42,600 nucleotides of DNA from Octopus sinensis (GCF_006345805.1 NW_021835095.1:1-42600), one strand, 5' to 3'; counted from the stretch's first letter, positions 12,117 to 24,599 are shown. The notes: a model not told the origin generated them from the letters alone. Numbers and translations: made by a program.

Positions 12117-12680
12117 GAGACCCCCTTCGGTCATGAATGACTATGGGTTTGCACCTAGAAAGTTACCCACCGAGGTACAAGTCCGGGCAAGGTTGTTTAT
12201 GGAAGACCAGCAGTCGCCCATGCATACCAACCTCTTCTCTCCACACCACTGATGTTATCCAAGGGAAAAGCAAAGGCCGATACAGCTTGGCACCAGTGAT
12301 GTCGCAACTCATTTCTACAGCTGAGTTAACTGGAGCAACGTGAAATAAAGTGTCTTGCTCAAGAACACAACACAAAGCCCGATCCGGGAATCGAACTCAC
12401 AACCTCACGATCGTAAGCTCGACACTTTAACCACTGAGCCATGCGCCTTCACATCCTTTACATATTAGTTTTAAATTCTGGCACAAGGCCGGCAAGTTCA
12501 GGGAAAGGTGTTAGTCGATTAAATCGACTCCTGTGTTCAACTGGCACTCATTTTATCGAACCCGAAAGGATGAACAGCAAAGCTGACTTCGACGGCATTT
12601 GAACTCAGAATGTAAAGACGGACGAAATGTTGCTAAGAATTCTGCACGGCGTGCTAACGATTTTGCTAGCTCGCTGCCTT
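12117..12680 (-). mobile_element. Composite (dimeric) SINE: family B monomer followed by family C monomer
   Basis: Minus strand: family B 12680-12462, linker TAATATGTAAAGGATGT, then a full family C copy 12452-12117. The same junction occurs at 10871-10920. Confidence 0.85.
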
Positions 12681-13182
12681 ACCTCGTTTACATATTAACT
12701 ACGGCTTAACACTCATTTGGCTACTAGAACTGCAGAGAATGGGACGCGTCTAGGGACACTAGTCTTTTCCGAGGAGGCTCTGAGTCCATGGTGCCATGAT
12801 TTAATTCCTTGTCATCAACAAGGGATCCCCCACGAGGTCATTCGGCCTGCTAGAAATAGCTGCCAATGCTTCCTCAAATGGTACCCTATTGTCTTAAAAC
12901 AGGAAGAAAACGTTGAGCAGAAAGCATTTTACCATATATCTGGCCAATTGTATCTTTAACGTAGCTTATGTCTGAATCTGGAGTGATTTCGTAGGAACAT
13001 AAAAACTCAGAAATTGACAAACATTCTTTTTTTCGTATATTCTTTTATTAATTTACACGTCTCAGTAAAATAATACGCACACGTACATACAGATCAGGCA
13101 TTAATATGTACATACATATAAATGCATCGAAGCATCCAGCTTCTATATCCAAATTATAAATTCACATTTATACCAATAATAA

Positions 13183-14895
13183 CAATGGTCAACAAGTATT
13201 TTTTTCCAAACATATGTCAAGGTGTACTTAGTGTAGTTTTTAATGCTGGTTACAAATATACAATTAGTTTTTGACATCATGTACAGTTTTCAAGAAAGTT
13301 TGGTTTTAGCTCATGCATTATATAGAAATTCCAATTAAATACGTATATGCATGTATTTCATTTACATCATAGAAACATACCTTTAAAATGAATTACATTA
13401 TTCATTGCTGCATAGTTCAGATGCAATATTTCATCTTAAATTAACTAATCATATTTTGTCTGATGAAATAGATATTTCAACATGCCAAATCGTCTAGTCA
13501 TAATTGGTCTGATGAAATATGTCATCATCTCAAATTCAATATAAGTATAACCGTTTGTATTTATTTCCTTAATTGTTTTACAGTGTTAACAATATCAAGA
13601 CAGTGTAGAAATCATCATGATGTGTTTGGTTACGTTTGTGGACAATTTATTGCGAAAGCTCAAAAACGTACAATAACACCAGAGATCAAGAAGTTTTATA
13701 AGCTATACTTTGTCCTCTTAGAGATCAGGACAAGTTATAGGCATCACATTTTATCTGCTCAGCTTACTCAAATGGCTTATGTGACTGGTTCAATAATAAT
13801 AAGTTCATGCCTTTTGCCATTCCAATGGGAGCCGAAAGGCAATTTCAATGGCTGTTATTTTTGCAAAGTAAATGTCACAGGATTTTCTATGCAGAATAAA
13901 CACAAAATTGTGTATCCCAATTTGGATTCTGCAATGAGACCTGTGCCTCAATGGAAGTCTGCTAATTCCAGTTCCACCAGATGATGGCATTAAAACATCA
14001 GATGATGATGTTGACTGTTACGATAGTGCTGCCGAGGAACATTGCATGGCTGATGACGATAGCTTTGAAACTCAATAATTTCCCAAGTTTACCTCGTCAG
14101 AGACCTATTCCCCTCAAAAGATAAAGCAGAACTGTTGGCATCAAGACTGAAGGAGAATTATCTGCTAGAGCACGGTGTTCGTATAACTTACTTTTGGCAG
14201 AGAAATATGGTTCTACAAACGTTTTTTCTGTTGAGGGCCTGCTTTGCTTTTACAGTAACATCGATGGACTTTTCGAATGTTTATCACAGAATCATGATTC
14301 TGCAGAGTGGCGTTTGTTTCTTGATCCTTCAAAACGAAGTTTCAAAGCTGTACTTCTCCAAATAGTAATTTGAAGCCCTCCATTCCTATTGCACATTCCG
14401 TTCATCTTCATGAATCATATAAGAATATGGAACTGCCCATGAAAGATGCTCATGGAAAATATGTCGCGATTTAAAAGTCATTGGAATGTTGACGGGAATG
14501 CAGTAAGGTTTCACAAAATACTGTTGTCTCTTGTGTCTATGGGATAGTCGGGCAGCTGACAGAAATTATTCGGAATCAAACTGGCAGACAAGAACATCAT
14601 AACAATCGGGACTGTCAAGAGTATACCTCTTGTAGATCCACGTAACGTTCTGTTGCCTCATTTGCACATAAAGTTTGGACTGATGAAACAATTTCTAAAG
14701 AGACAAAGGTAGAGATGTGCCAGATGGTTTGAGTACATTGTAGAAAAGTTTCCCAAAACAGGCTAAGTTGAAAGAGGTTATCCTTGTCGGATACCAAATT
14801 AGAGAAGTACTCAAAGATGTCAACTTCAAGACAACACTGGATGAACAGGAAGTGCATGCCTGAAATGCTTTTAATTGGATCTGTGAGAATTTCTA
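13183..14895 (+). mobile_element. Chapaev3-like (CMC) DNA transposon, 3'-truncated, transposase pseudogene
   Basis: TAA|CAATGGTCAACAA terminus (cf. CACTG..AACAA). Frameshifted motifs: CRNHHDVFGYVCGQF, GDQDK, WEPK..GCYFC..NKHKIVYPNLDSAMRPVP, WRLFLDPSKRSFKAVLL, DLKVIGMLTGMQ*GFTKYCCLLCLWDSRA, LLPHLHIKFGLMKQF. Superfamily assigned from recalled motifs. Confidence 0.78.
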
Positions 14896-15166
14896 GATTT
14901 AAAATAATAAGGGTGAAAAATTGAATATTAATTTGATTAATAGCAATTTAAAACCAGTGGGTCTCGCATATTGAAAAATTTGAAGTTTCCGAAAAAATTA
15001 TATTACATACATATAAGGGAAATGACTTGTAATTGGACATCCATTATGCTAGAAAATCCGCTATGTTCTCTAAAACATTCCTTTCTTAGTGGTAAGACCA
15101 TAGCGGATCTTCTTCTAGCATAATAGATGACCACTTACAGGTCATCCCTCTTATATGTATGTATGT

Positions 15167-15490
15167 GTGAGGGCGCGTGGCTTAGTGGTTAGGGCATTCG
15201 GCTCATGATCGTAAGGTTGTGAGTTCGATTCCCGGCGACGCGTTGTGTCCTTGAGCAAGACACTTTATTTCACGTTGCTCCAGTCCACTCAGCTGGCAAA
15301 AATGAGTTGTACTTGTATTTCAAAGGGTCAGCCTTGTCACTCTCTGTGTCACGCTGATTATCCCCGAGAACTACGTTAAGGGTACACGTGTCTGTGGAAT
15401 GCTCAGCCATTTGCACGTTAATTTCACGAGCAAGCTGTTCCGTTGATCGTATCAGCTGGGACCCTCGTCGTCGTAACCGGCGGAGTCTTT
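15167..15490 (+). mobile_element. tRNA-derived SINE, family C (second subfamily)
   Basis: GGCGCGTGGCTTAGTGG...GAGTTCGATTCC, then GTTGTGTCCTTGAGCAAGACAC. The body matches 34728-35050. Confidence 0.85.
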
Positions 15491-16439
15491 AGGATGTATG
15501 TATGTATGTATGTATGTATGTATGTATGTATGTATGTATGTATATACACACACACATATATATATATATATGTATGTATAAACATATATAAACACACACA
15601 CACACTTACACGTATACACCTACATACATCTTTTGTATGTATGTATGAATATACTAGCGGAAACGTACATTTTCACATTAAAGTTGTATGTTCATGTTGT
15701 CATTACTTACTTATTTATGCCGACATTACTTTATAGAGATGGAATATCAATACTAGGAGGATATGTTTTTTTTGTTGTTGTTTAAATGAACGCCTTCAGT
15801 ATTGAAATGTCGTCTGTCGAACGACTGTATGGCGCGAAAATCTACGCCATGGCTGCAGAGACATTAAACGTTAATAAATTAATGTATCAAACATGGTGTA
15901 TGTATTGTATACTCATTACTTCGTTTTATGCAATTCACGCAGATATACACGTACCTGCTCACTTATACATTCACAAACACACACTCGCGAGTATGATATA
16001 TATATATATATTAGTTACAAAGAATTACTTTTTAAATCTGTCGGTCAAAAGGTAAAGATCCTAGATCTATACTAGAAACGTTTACACTATTGAAAAAAAT
16101 TTAGGTTTAATAACATTTTAGCTAATTTAGGGAGGGAATATGCTCAGAAGAAATGTTCATATTTCATGGTTGTATGTGGAAAACTAAACTGCTTTTCAAC
16201 ACCTCAAAATCTTTTCGTAATATGCTTCCTTTGTGTTTCTTCGTTTGCACACTGAGTGCTACAAATACTTAGGCATTGACGAGAATGTATCACACAAAGA
16301 TGCAACGGACAAAGACAGGCCAAACAAAGAATGATACTTCGGAGGTAAAAGATGGCAGGTGAAGTTTTTTCTTTCAATAACAACACAATATCCCACAATG
16401 CATTTGCAGTACAGTACTGACACCAACATTTGTGATAAT

Positions 16440-16715
16440 TGTTATTTATTATGGCCGGGTTCCAATCCTGGCCGCAGCAACAAAGTCAATCCGTCACACT
16501 TCTCGGTCCATCATAACTATCTTGACGTCCTGAATACATTCCAGGCTGTATCTGCAATCAAGTTGGTGTGTGATGACATTTTCCCCTCCTTACATCATCA
16601 TGAAGTGGATTCCACAAGACTAATTTTGATGCTCCCAGTTCAGGGGATAGTCGTAGCCGTCATTGCCTGATCATCTCGCTAACTTTGGGCAGGTCTCCGG
16701 TGATCATTAACTGGT
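16440..16715 (-). mobile_element. Decayed RTE-clade LINE 3' end
   Basis: Minus-strand translation GDLPKVSEMIRQ*RLRL..PELGASKLVLWNPLH..RRG...MMDREV*R, an RTE C-terminal signature. Confidence 0.65.
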
Positions 16716-16721
16716 GTATTG

Positions 16722-16915
16722 TGGAAACGCACGGCTTAGTAGTTGGGGTGTTGGACTCATGATCGTAAGATTATGATTTCGATTCCTGGACCAGGCGTTG
16801 CATCATGATCTTTTCACATTGCTCCAGTCCGCTCAGCTGGTAAAAATAAGTCACCCTGCGACGGACCGGCGTCCTGTCCAAGGAAGAAAATATACTCCAG
16901 AGAAACCGGAAAACC
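16722..16915 (+). mobile_element. Degenerate SINE family C
   Basis: CGCACGGCTTAGTAG...CATGATCGTAAG...TTCGATTCC...TTGCTCCAGTCCGCTCAGCTGG. Confidence 0.7.
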
Positions 16916-17166
16916 AACCGGTCCTGTGCTCTTTTCGGAGTAACGTGGACTAACCAACCGGCATTTTGGGGATGTTAAAAGCCACAAGATCTCTTCTTCT
17001 GTTGGATACGTCTACAGGAATAGTGATATTGGTGGGAATCAATCTCAGAAGAGATATTTCACAAGAATAATCTATTAATAAGAGTATACAATGTTTGGTT
17101 GTTCGACATGTAATCGCACTCTTCCCTTGACGTTATCTGCACTCTTTCCATTACATATTTGCGTCC

Positions 17167-17542
17167 TTATTTTCTTCTTGTTTCAGTCATTAGATTGCGG
17201 CCATGCTGGAGCACTGCCTTAAGGAAGTTTTTGTCGAATGAAGCGACCTCAGTACCTATTTTATTAAGCCTGGTATCTATTCTATCGGTGTCTTGTGCCG
17301 AACCGCTAAGTTATGGGGATGTGAACACACCAACACCGGTTTTCAAGCGGTGGTAGAACACACACACATACACTCGCACACACATATATGTATGTATGTA
17401 TGTATGTATATATATATTTATATATATATATATATAGCAAAAACTGTCCGATGAACGGCAACGGGAAACTCAGAGTAACAGGTTTTGTTGAATTTTCTGC
17501 TGCTTTAAATAAAGTATATATATTATATATATATATTATATA

Positions 17543-17584
<42 letters not shown>

Positions 17585-17772
17585 TATATATATATAATAT
17601 ATATATATATACATACATATACATATATATATATATATGTATATATATTTTAATAATTCTTTGATTTTTAACTTTTATATTTTAAAATTAATTTTATGTA
17701 TTGGCTTATGTTTTTCACTGTTTGATTTGCCTAATAGTCGTTTTATCTCTAATTTAATATAATATATATATA

Positions 17773-17821
<49 letters not shown>

Positions 17822-17996
17822 TATATATACATACGATGAGCTTCTTTCAGTTTCCGTCTATCACATCCACTCACAAAGCTTCGGTATGCCTGAGGCTATT
17901 ACAGAAGACACTTGCCCAAGGTGTCACGCAGTGGGACTGAACCCAAAACCATTTGGTTGGAAAGCGAACTTCTTACCACACATCGACGGCTACGCC
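17167..17996 (-). mobile_element. SINE family A with expanded internal microsatellite carrying nested inserts
   Basis: Tail 17167-17355 and head 17832-17996, separated by (TA)n that contains the hammerhead-like insert at 17440. Confidence 0.8.
17440..17486 (+). ncRNA. Minimal hammerhead-like motif (core variant CCGATGA)
   Basis: Stem I AAAACTGT/ACAG-G-TTTT; CCGATGA; weak stem II CG-GCAA-CG; GAAA; near-palindromic stem III ACTCAGAGT; triplet GTA; AATAAA at 17508. Confidence 0.55.
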
Positions 17997-18424
17997 TATT
18001 TTTGAAAAAAAAAAAAGAAACTGCAGAAAATATTTGGAGTAGCCACGCACCGATTTGGTTTTGTGACAATCACAAGGCTGTGAAACTCTAAAACAGGTTT
18101 CTCTCTATAATGATGTGGAGGTGAAGAAAAATTAGTCAGAGATGACGAATACCTATGCATTCGGATCGATACTTCTATCCATTCGGTCCCAAAACGTTAT
18201 CTAGGATATAAGTGAAAACCTAGCAATTGAAATAATCAGGATACTGGGCATGAGAGTAATAATTGGATATGATATAAAGAATAATAATAGCCAAACAATA
18301 TTATGACTATATCGGTGCTCGTAACTTCATACATATTTCATTAGCATAACTTACGTTACATGTTTTACATGAGCTCTTCTCTAAAATATATAACATCTCA
18401 CACCTTATATATTCTTTATTAGTT

Positions 18425-18449
18425 AATAATAATGATGATGATGATGATG

Positions 18450-18515
<66 letters not shown>

Positions 18516-18828
18516 GGGGCTGCAATAAGGGTGGAGCACTTGCACAAAACAGCACTGTTTCGAACCTCTCGAATACTCCGAAAGGTGCTCGAAAAATAAG
18601 AGGTGTTACCTTAGTTCATTGGTAGTGAACAGCTGACACTGTAGTACATCTCCAGCGTTAGAAGCTGTGCAAAGGTAATAATAAAAATAATAATAATAAT
18701 GATGATGATGATGATGATGATGATGATTGATAATGATAATAATAACAACAACAACAACAACAACAACAACAGCAATAGTAGTAGTAGTAGTAGTAGTAGT
18801 AGTAGCAGTAGTAGTAGTAGTTGTAGTA

Positions 18829-18870
<42 letters not shown>
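18425..18870. repeat. Compound trinucleotide arrays (TAA/TGA/CAA/TAG)n
   Basis: Direct reading; interrupted by the insert at 18516-18675. Confidence 0.95.
18516..18675 (+). mobile_element. R4/Dong non-LTR retrotransposon, extreme 3' end
   Basis: Translates IRVEHLHKTALFRTSRILRKVLEK* (R4/Dong C-terminus LQKAxLLGTARILRKVL) plus a short 3' UTR; flanked by (TAA)n. Confidence 0.7.
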
Positions 18871-18871
<1 letters not shown>

Positions 18872-19342
18872 GTTATCATGTACATCGTTTTGTCTTGGTA
18901 TAAAAGATGGGCTACAGCAAATATTCTGCTCAATACCAGAGATTTGCTTGTCAGTTGTTTGACCTTAACCAGTTGAGCATGTCCCTTAGTGGCTGACGAT
19001 ACGTGCATCTCTGATCACAAGCAGAAGTAGTGGGGGAGCATCATAGCCATGTGTTGAGAGGAATTCTGGAAACATGGGTGTTTCGTTCAACATCCTTAAA
19101 CAACCCTTATTCAGGGACCTTTTGAGCGGGATGGGCTACTCCGCGATAAGAAAATTCTAACTGGGCCCCACCTGCAAGGTCACGTGCTGTTCATCTTGAT
19201 ATGAGATCACCATGTCGCACACATATGGTTGTGATGCATGTGCCTGGTGTACCCTTATCAGACAGGTAGTCATGATGGGTATACTGGGCTTCGTATATTT
19301 TACCCCAGTGTCACTTTGATGGCATGAACTGCTCTCTCACTC
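18872..19342 (+). mobile_element. Putative non-autonomous (TAA)n-inserted element
   Basis: 471 bp of non-coding sequence with sharp boundaries between two (TAA)n arrays; no ORF, TIR or tRNA head recognised. Confidence 0.55.
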
Positions 19343-19391
<49 letters not shown>

Positions 19392-19685
19392 GTACCAATT
19401 TTTGGCACAAGGCCAGCAATTTCGGCGGATACTATGGCATTTCATACAAAGCTTGTACTATTTCAAATACTATAACAAATTCTACACAAATGCTTCCTGA
19501 ATAACTCAATAGTTTTCATAACAAAGAAGAACCATCACCATTGTGAAAGTTCAGCAAAAAAAAAAAAAATTAATTAATTAAATACATGTTACATGAGATC
19601 TCGCCACCATCCAGCAAAGATAATACGCTTTATGTCTATAAACACAGACGTGCACCTTATAGAACACAAGAAAATTCACATAAAA

Positions 19686-19906
19686 ATATTGGTTTCAAGT
19701 TTTGGCTCAAGGCCAGCAATTTTGGGGTACGGGGGTAAATCGATTACATCGACCTCCAGTATTCAACTGCTACTTATTTTATCGATTCCGAAAGGATGAA
19801 AGGTAAAGTCGATCACGGCGGAATTTGAATTCAGAAGTGAAAGATGGATGAAATGCCGCTAAGCATTTCATCCGGCGTGATAACGGTTCTGCCAGCTCAC
19901 CGCCCT
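19686..19906 (-). mobile_element. tRNA-derived SINE, family B
   Basis: Full set of family B blocks ending in GCCAGCTCACCGCC. Confidence 0.85.
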
Positions 19907-20139
19907 TATAGTCTCTTAATATTATTCTCACATAAAAATATTGAAAACATAACAATAGGGTCCGAAGCTCGTTCCTAATAGCTCTTGCTAGCATAGAAGC
20001 GTCGTGGTCACAAATGCGTAATTTCATCTTTGAAGGACAATGACATACGCGTACTATCCAGTTCCATGTAGGTCAACGATATTAAAACTGTACTTCGCCC
20101 AACTATTACAACAATATTTTTCCCAACCATTAGGGGTGG

Positions 20140-21075
20140 TCAGAAAACGATGAACTTTGGAGCTTATCTCGACGGTTAGCTGTACCTCCGGCAGAAACAG
20201 CGGTGAGTCATGAAAAACTTATAAGGGCTGATGAGTAGGGTTGGTAGTAAGTGTTTTTACAAGGATGATCAAGGCTGAAATCATCGACAATTTTCGGCCC
20301 TTATGTATGCTGGACGTACAGTTTAAGATTTTAACCAAGGTATTCACGAAGAGATGGGTGATTGTCGTCTGGACTCTTCCCCCGGAAAACACAAAACGCA
20401 ATTTCTTCACAGATAAAGTCCATCTCGAGCGAAATAACTTAGAGAGGGTATGCAATGAACTTGGTTCAGTGGGGCTATAATCTATTTGACTAAGTCAACT
20501 ATTAGTACTCAATGATGGTCTTCATTGTAGCCGGTTTCAGTTCAGTTTCCAGAGGCTTGATAGCTTTGATGCACACCAGGACACACTCTTTCACTCTCCT
20601 GCACCTTTTTGGTCCTCGACGCATTGCAGCGGAAGCTAGAGGTGTTAAGGAGTACCTCGCTCGTACTGGAATGTCAGCATGTAAGATGATGTTCCTGTCA
20701 TAATGTCAGACGTATCGGAATTCGACGCCGTATTGAAGGAATATGGGGTTTTAACAGGAGCACACTTTAACGAGGGTACGTCAGTGGTAATTTGAGAAGG
20801 AAGTCTTTGCTGGTCATTGTCGTGGACAACTTGACCAAATGTCCTTTTCTGTGTATGGTTTGGTTTCAGCCAGATCACCAGTTGGATAGGAACTGAGAGA
20901 TGGTTACGATCAGAATTACCAATTGTATTTAGAAGTAGACTGAGAGAAAATATCCCTGGAAGATCGGGGGGAGAGATAACGAACGTTATTCATTTATGAA
21001 ATGATAAATGAAAAACTTTCGTTATCTCCCTACAATCTTCCAGATAAATAACGATTTCTCTGTCGAATTTCGTGT
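20140..21075 (+). pseudogene. Highly decayed Tx1/L1-clade reverse transcriptase fragment
   Basis: IDNFRPLCMLDVQFKILTKVFTKR (cf. NWRPITLLNxDYKILAK), remnants of the SAYADDV-type motif at about 20673-20700, TGA.(I)N..., and VWFQPDHQLDRN. Confidence 0.65.
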
Positions 21076-21160
21076 CTTGTCTCAGTTTTAATCTTGCTGA
21101 GTTGCAATACACACGTTTTCGTTCCTTGTGAGAGTGAGAGCGAGAGAGAGAGAGAGAGAT

Positions 21161-21220
<60 letters not shown>

Positions 21221-21309
21221 CAAAGAGAAAGATGTCTTCTATTAGTCAGAAGTTCAATCTGATATCAATACTTCGTGTGTTTTTATTGTGCCACCATCAC
21301 TAGATGTAT

Positions 21310-21546
21310 CATTAATCAGGACTGGTAATTGAGCAACCTGATAATCGCTACCTCATATGAGTGACCATGAAGAAACAAAATATTATGAATAACGGTGGTA
21401 ATGAAACTGAAGCCATTGATGGTAACAGTGTTGCACCCGGCAGACTCAGATATTCTGGTCCAGCTCCAGCTTCTTGATATCCAGAAAGGGACCAACACAC
21501 ACGGCGTAAATGGTGCAAGCAAATTAATGCTGTGGTCATGGAGCAT

Positions 21547-21550
<4 letters not shown>
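21310..21550 (+). mobile_element. R4/Dong 5' coding fragment (N-terminal Myb-like motif)
   Basis: The frame at 21498-21555 reads HTRRKWCKQINAVVMEHYY, resembling the R4/Dong N-terminal RRKWTxxxNxxVMECYY. Confidence 0.55.
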
Positions 21551-21587
<37 letters not shown>

Positions 21588-21597
21588 TACTACTAAT

Positions 21598-21689
21598 TCT
21601 ACTCAGCAATCCTATTTTTATCACGTGCTTTCACTGCACTACTGAGTGCAGCTCTATGTGCCTTGGGTATGTGCAGTGGTTTTTTTTGT

Positions 21690-21692
<3 letters not shown>
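21598..21692 (-). mobile_element. R4/Dong 3' UTR-only insertion
   Basis: Reverse complement of the 3' UTR at 27220-27310 (CACATACCCAAgGCACATAGAGCTGC..GTAGT..GTGAAAGCACGTGATAAAAATA), flanked by (TTA)n and (CTA)n. Confidence 0.75.
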
Positions 21693-21744
<52 letters not shown>

Positions 21745-22176
21745 CATTGTTATCATCATCTTCATCATCATCATCATCATTACTACCATCGTCGTCGTCG
21801 TCATCATCTTCATCATCATTATTATATAATGAAATAATATCTTTAAAAAACCACCCCTACCCCGCCCCACAAAAAAACCCTGTTAGATGTCGTGTCAAGG
21901 AGTATTGAAATATTGCAATCCTCTGATGATGGTCTCCAATTTTTTTCTTCCATTTTACGCCTCCCTTATTAGAGCGACGAGATGTCATCTGTTCATTAGC
22001 TTTACTAAAAGGTAATTTTTATTTATGCTTTGACAGGAAGTTAGACTAAAACGAAGACACGCTGCTGCTGCTGTTGGTGGTGGTGCTAATGTTGATGACG
22101 ATGTTGATGATGAAGATGCTGATTCTTGCAACAAGAACACCACCAACACCACCAACAACAACGACTAATAATAATA

Positions 22177-22207
<31 letters not shown>

Positions 22208-22264
22208 CGTAAATAAGATATATATCGACCTTTTTTCTCAACTTAGCAGCTTCCTCGGAATTAT

Positions 22265-22279
22265 ACCACACACAGACAC

Positions 22280-22364
<85 letters not shown>

Positions 22365-22913
22365 GTGTGTGGTGTGTGTGTGTGTGTGCGTGCGTGTTGT
22401 CGTGTGTATATGTATGTTTGTGTATATATATATATTATATATATATATATATACACACATATATACATATATCTACAAATTTTACGTATTTGTGTATGTA
22501 CGCAAGACGCCAGTAATAAAGGCATAATATAAAATAATACATGAGTATATATTTATATTTATGTATGTATATATTATATGATTATACATTCGTGAGTGTG
22601 TGTATGTATATGCGGGGGGAGTGAGTATAATATATATATATATATATGTATATACGTATGTATGTATGTATGTATGTATGTATGTATGTATGTATGTATG
22701 TATGTATGTATGTATGTATGTGTGTGTGTATATATATATGTATATAATTTTAAAATAGGATAATATCTTTATAAGAATTTATCAAGTAGTCAGCGTGAAA
22801 AACCTCGTAAGGGAAAAATTATAATTATTCCCTTTAAAATATATTTATATATATTAAGGGCATTTCTACACTTGAATGCCTCACGCTTTGAGGGACTCTT
22901 AAAGTCAAAATTA

Positions 22914-22981
<68 letters not shown>

Positions 22982-23140
22982 TATAATAAAGTATAGGAAA
23001 GAATGGAGATGAACGAAGATTTAACAAAATTCCTTTATTTTATGGTCGTAACTTCAACCGTTTCCTTTCTGTTGTGAATTTTGCTACCGAGGTATCGGTT
23101 ATCTCTCGAATTATCCGTAATAAGATAATTCATTTGTCTA

Positions 23141-23210
<70 letters not shown>
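22265..23210. repeat. (TA)n, (TG)n and (TATG)n microsatellite cluster with short unique inserts
   Basis: Direct reading. Confidence 0.9.
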
Positions 23211-23427
23211 CATACGTACATTCCAAATTTTGTATGCAAACCATGCAGAAAATATACACAATACAGGATGGGCTGAACTTTATTCAGTTCCGATGTTAAA
23301 CTAACGGCTACCTTAGCACAATCACATTGCCCTTGGATGATTTTAATGAATTGCAATTTGTTGAAAGTACCTATTCTTTCTATCTACACACTTGCAAACA
23401 CACATATATATGTACATTGTATATATA

Positions 23428-23514
<87 letters not shown>

Positions 23515-23583
23515 GTGACTGCGGTGTATCGTTGGCAAATTTTTTTCCTCCGTCTTCCGTTCCTTGGACCTTTCCTTTTCCTA

Positions 23584-23620
23584 TGTTTCTGACGAAGAGC
23601 TCCGCTCGAAACGTTAAGTA
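23584..23620 (+). ncRNA. Minimal hammerhead motif of Penelope-like type
   Basis: TGTTT-CTGACGA-A-GAGC-TCC-GCTC-GAAA-CG-TT-AAGTA: 4-bp stem II, palindromic stem III AACGTT, stem I with two G-U pairs. It lies inside a ~210-bp insert (23512-23725) between (TA)n and (TATC)n. Confidence 0.65.
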
Positions 23621-23726
23621 CTCCTTCTTCCTTTCCTTCCTGAGCGTCCAGTGTCACTATACTTGTTCCACGTCCTCGCGTTGTTGTGCTTTCTCTTTGT
23701 GTTTTCATGTTTGGATTAACTTTATA

Positions 23727-23727
23727 G

Positions 23728-23826
<99 letters not shown>

Positions 23827-24332
23827 CCTATCTATCTATCTATCTATCTATATATATATATATATATGCACACACACAAAAATGTGCATATACTACAATG
23901 TACGCATACACACAAACCTACACACATGTATTATGTATCATATTTACGTGTATGTGTTAGTGTATTGGTGTATGTGTCTGTCTCTTTCATCACTCTCTTT
24001 CTCTCTCTGTGTCTTTCTCTCTCTTCCTTCTCCCAATATATATATATATATAAATATATATAGATAGATAGATGCATAATATATGGAAATGTATATACGT
24101 ACATATATAAATATATATAAGTACGCATGTATATTTGGAAATGTATGTATATATATATACGTATGTATGTATGTATTTATTTATATACATACATACTGAC
24201 ACATACACATTCAAGTATACATACCTATATACACATAGGTATGCCTACAAGGAATAGACGTTCATATCTTCACATATACATTTATATACATGTTATTGAA
24301 TATACAATATTGATAGTAACAATAATAATAAC

Positions 24333-24400
<68 letters not shown>

Positions 24401-24599
24401 TAATAACAATAATAATAAAATTATCATTATTATCATCATCATCACCTTGATCATTATTATTAGTATTATTATTACCTGCACACTATATATGTATACACAC
24501 ACACACACCACACACATACATACGCATATATATATATATATATATTTATATACATGGTGTGTGTGTGTGTGTATGTGTGCATATATATATATATCATAT

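Noticed and set aside
13460-14100. CTGATGA/CTGACGA heptamers inside the Chapaev-like element (also 29123, 26543, 40131)
   Set aside because: No correctly placed stem II, GAAA and NUH with pairing stems.
22985-23140. Seventh hammerhead on the minus strand (GAAACGGTTGAAG, AATAAA downstream, hairpins upstream)
   Set aside because: The CTGANGA half is missing and the triplet lacks the required U; at most a truncated relic.
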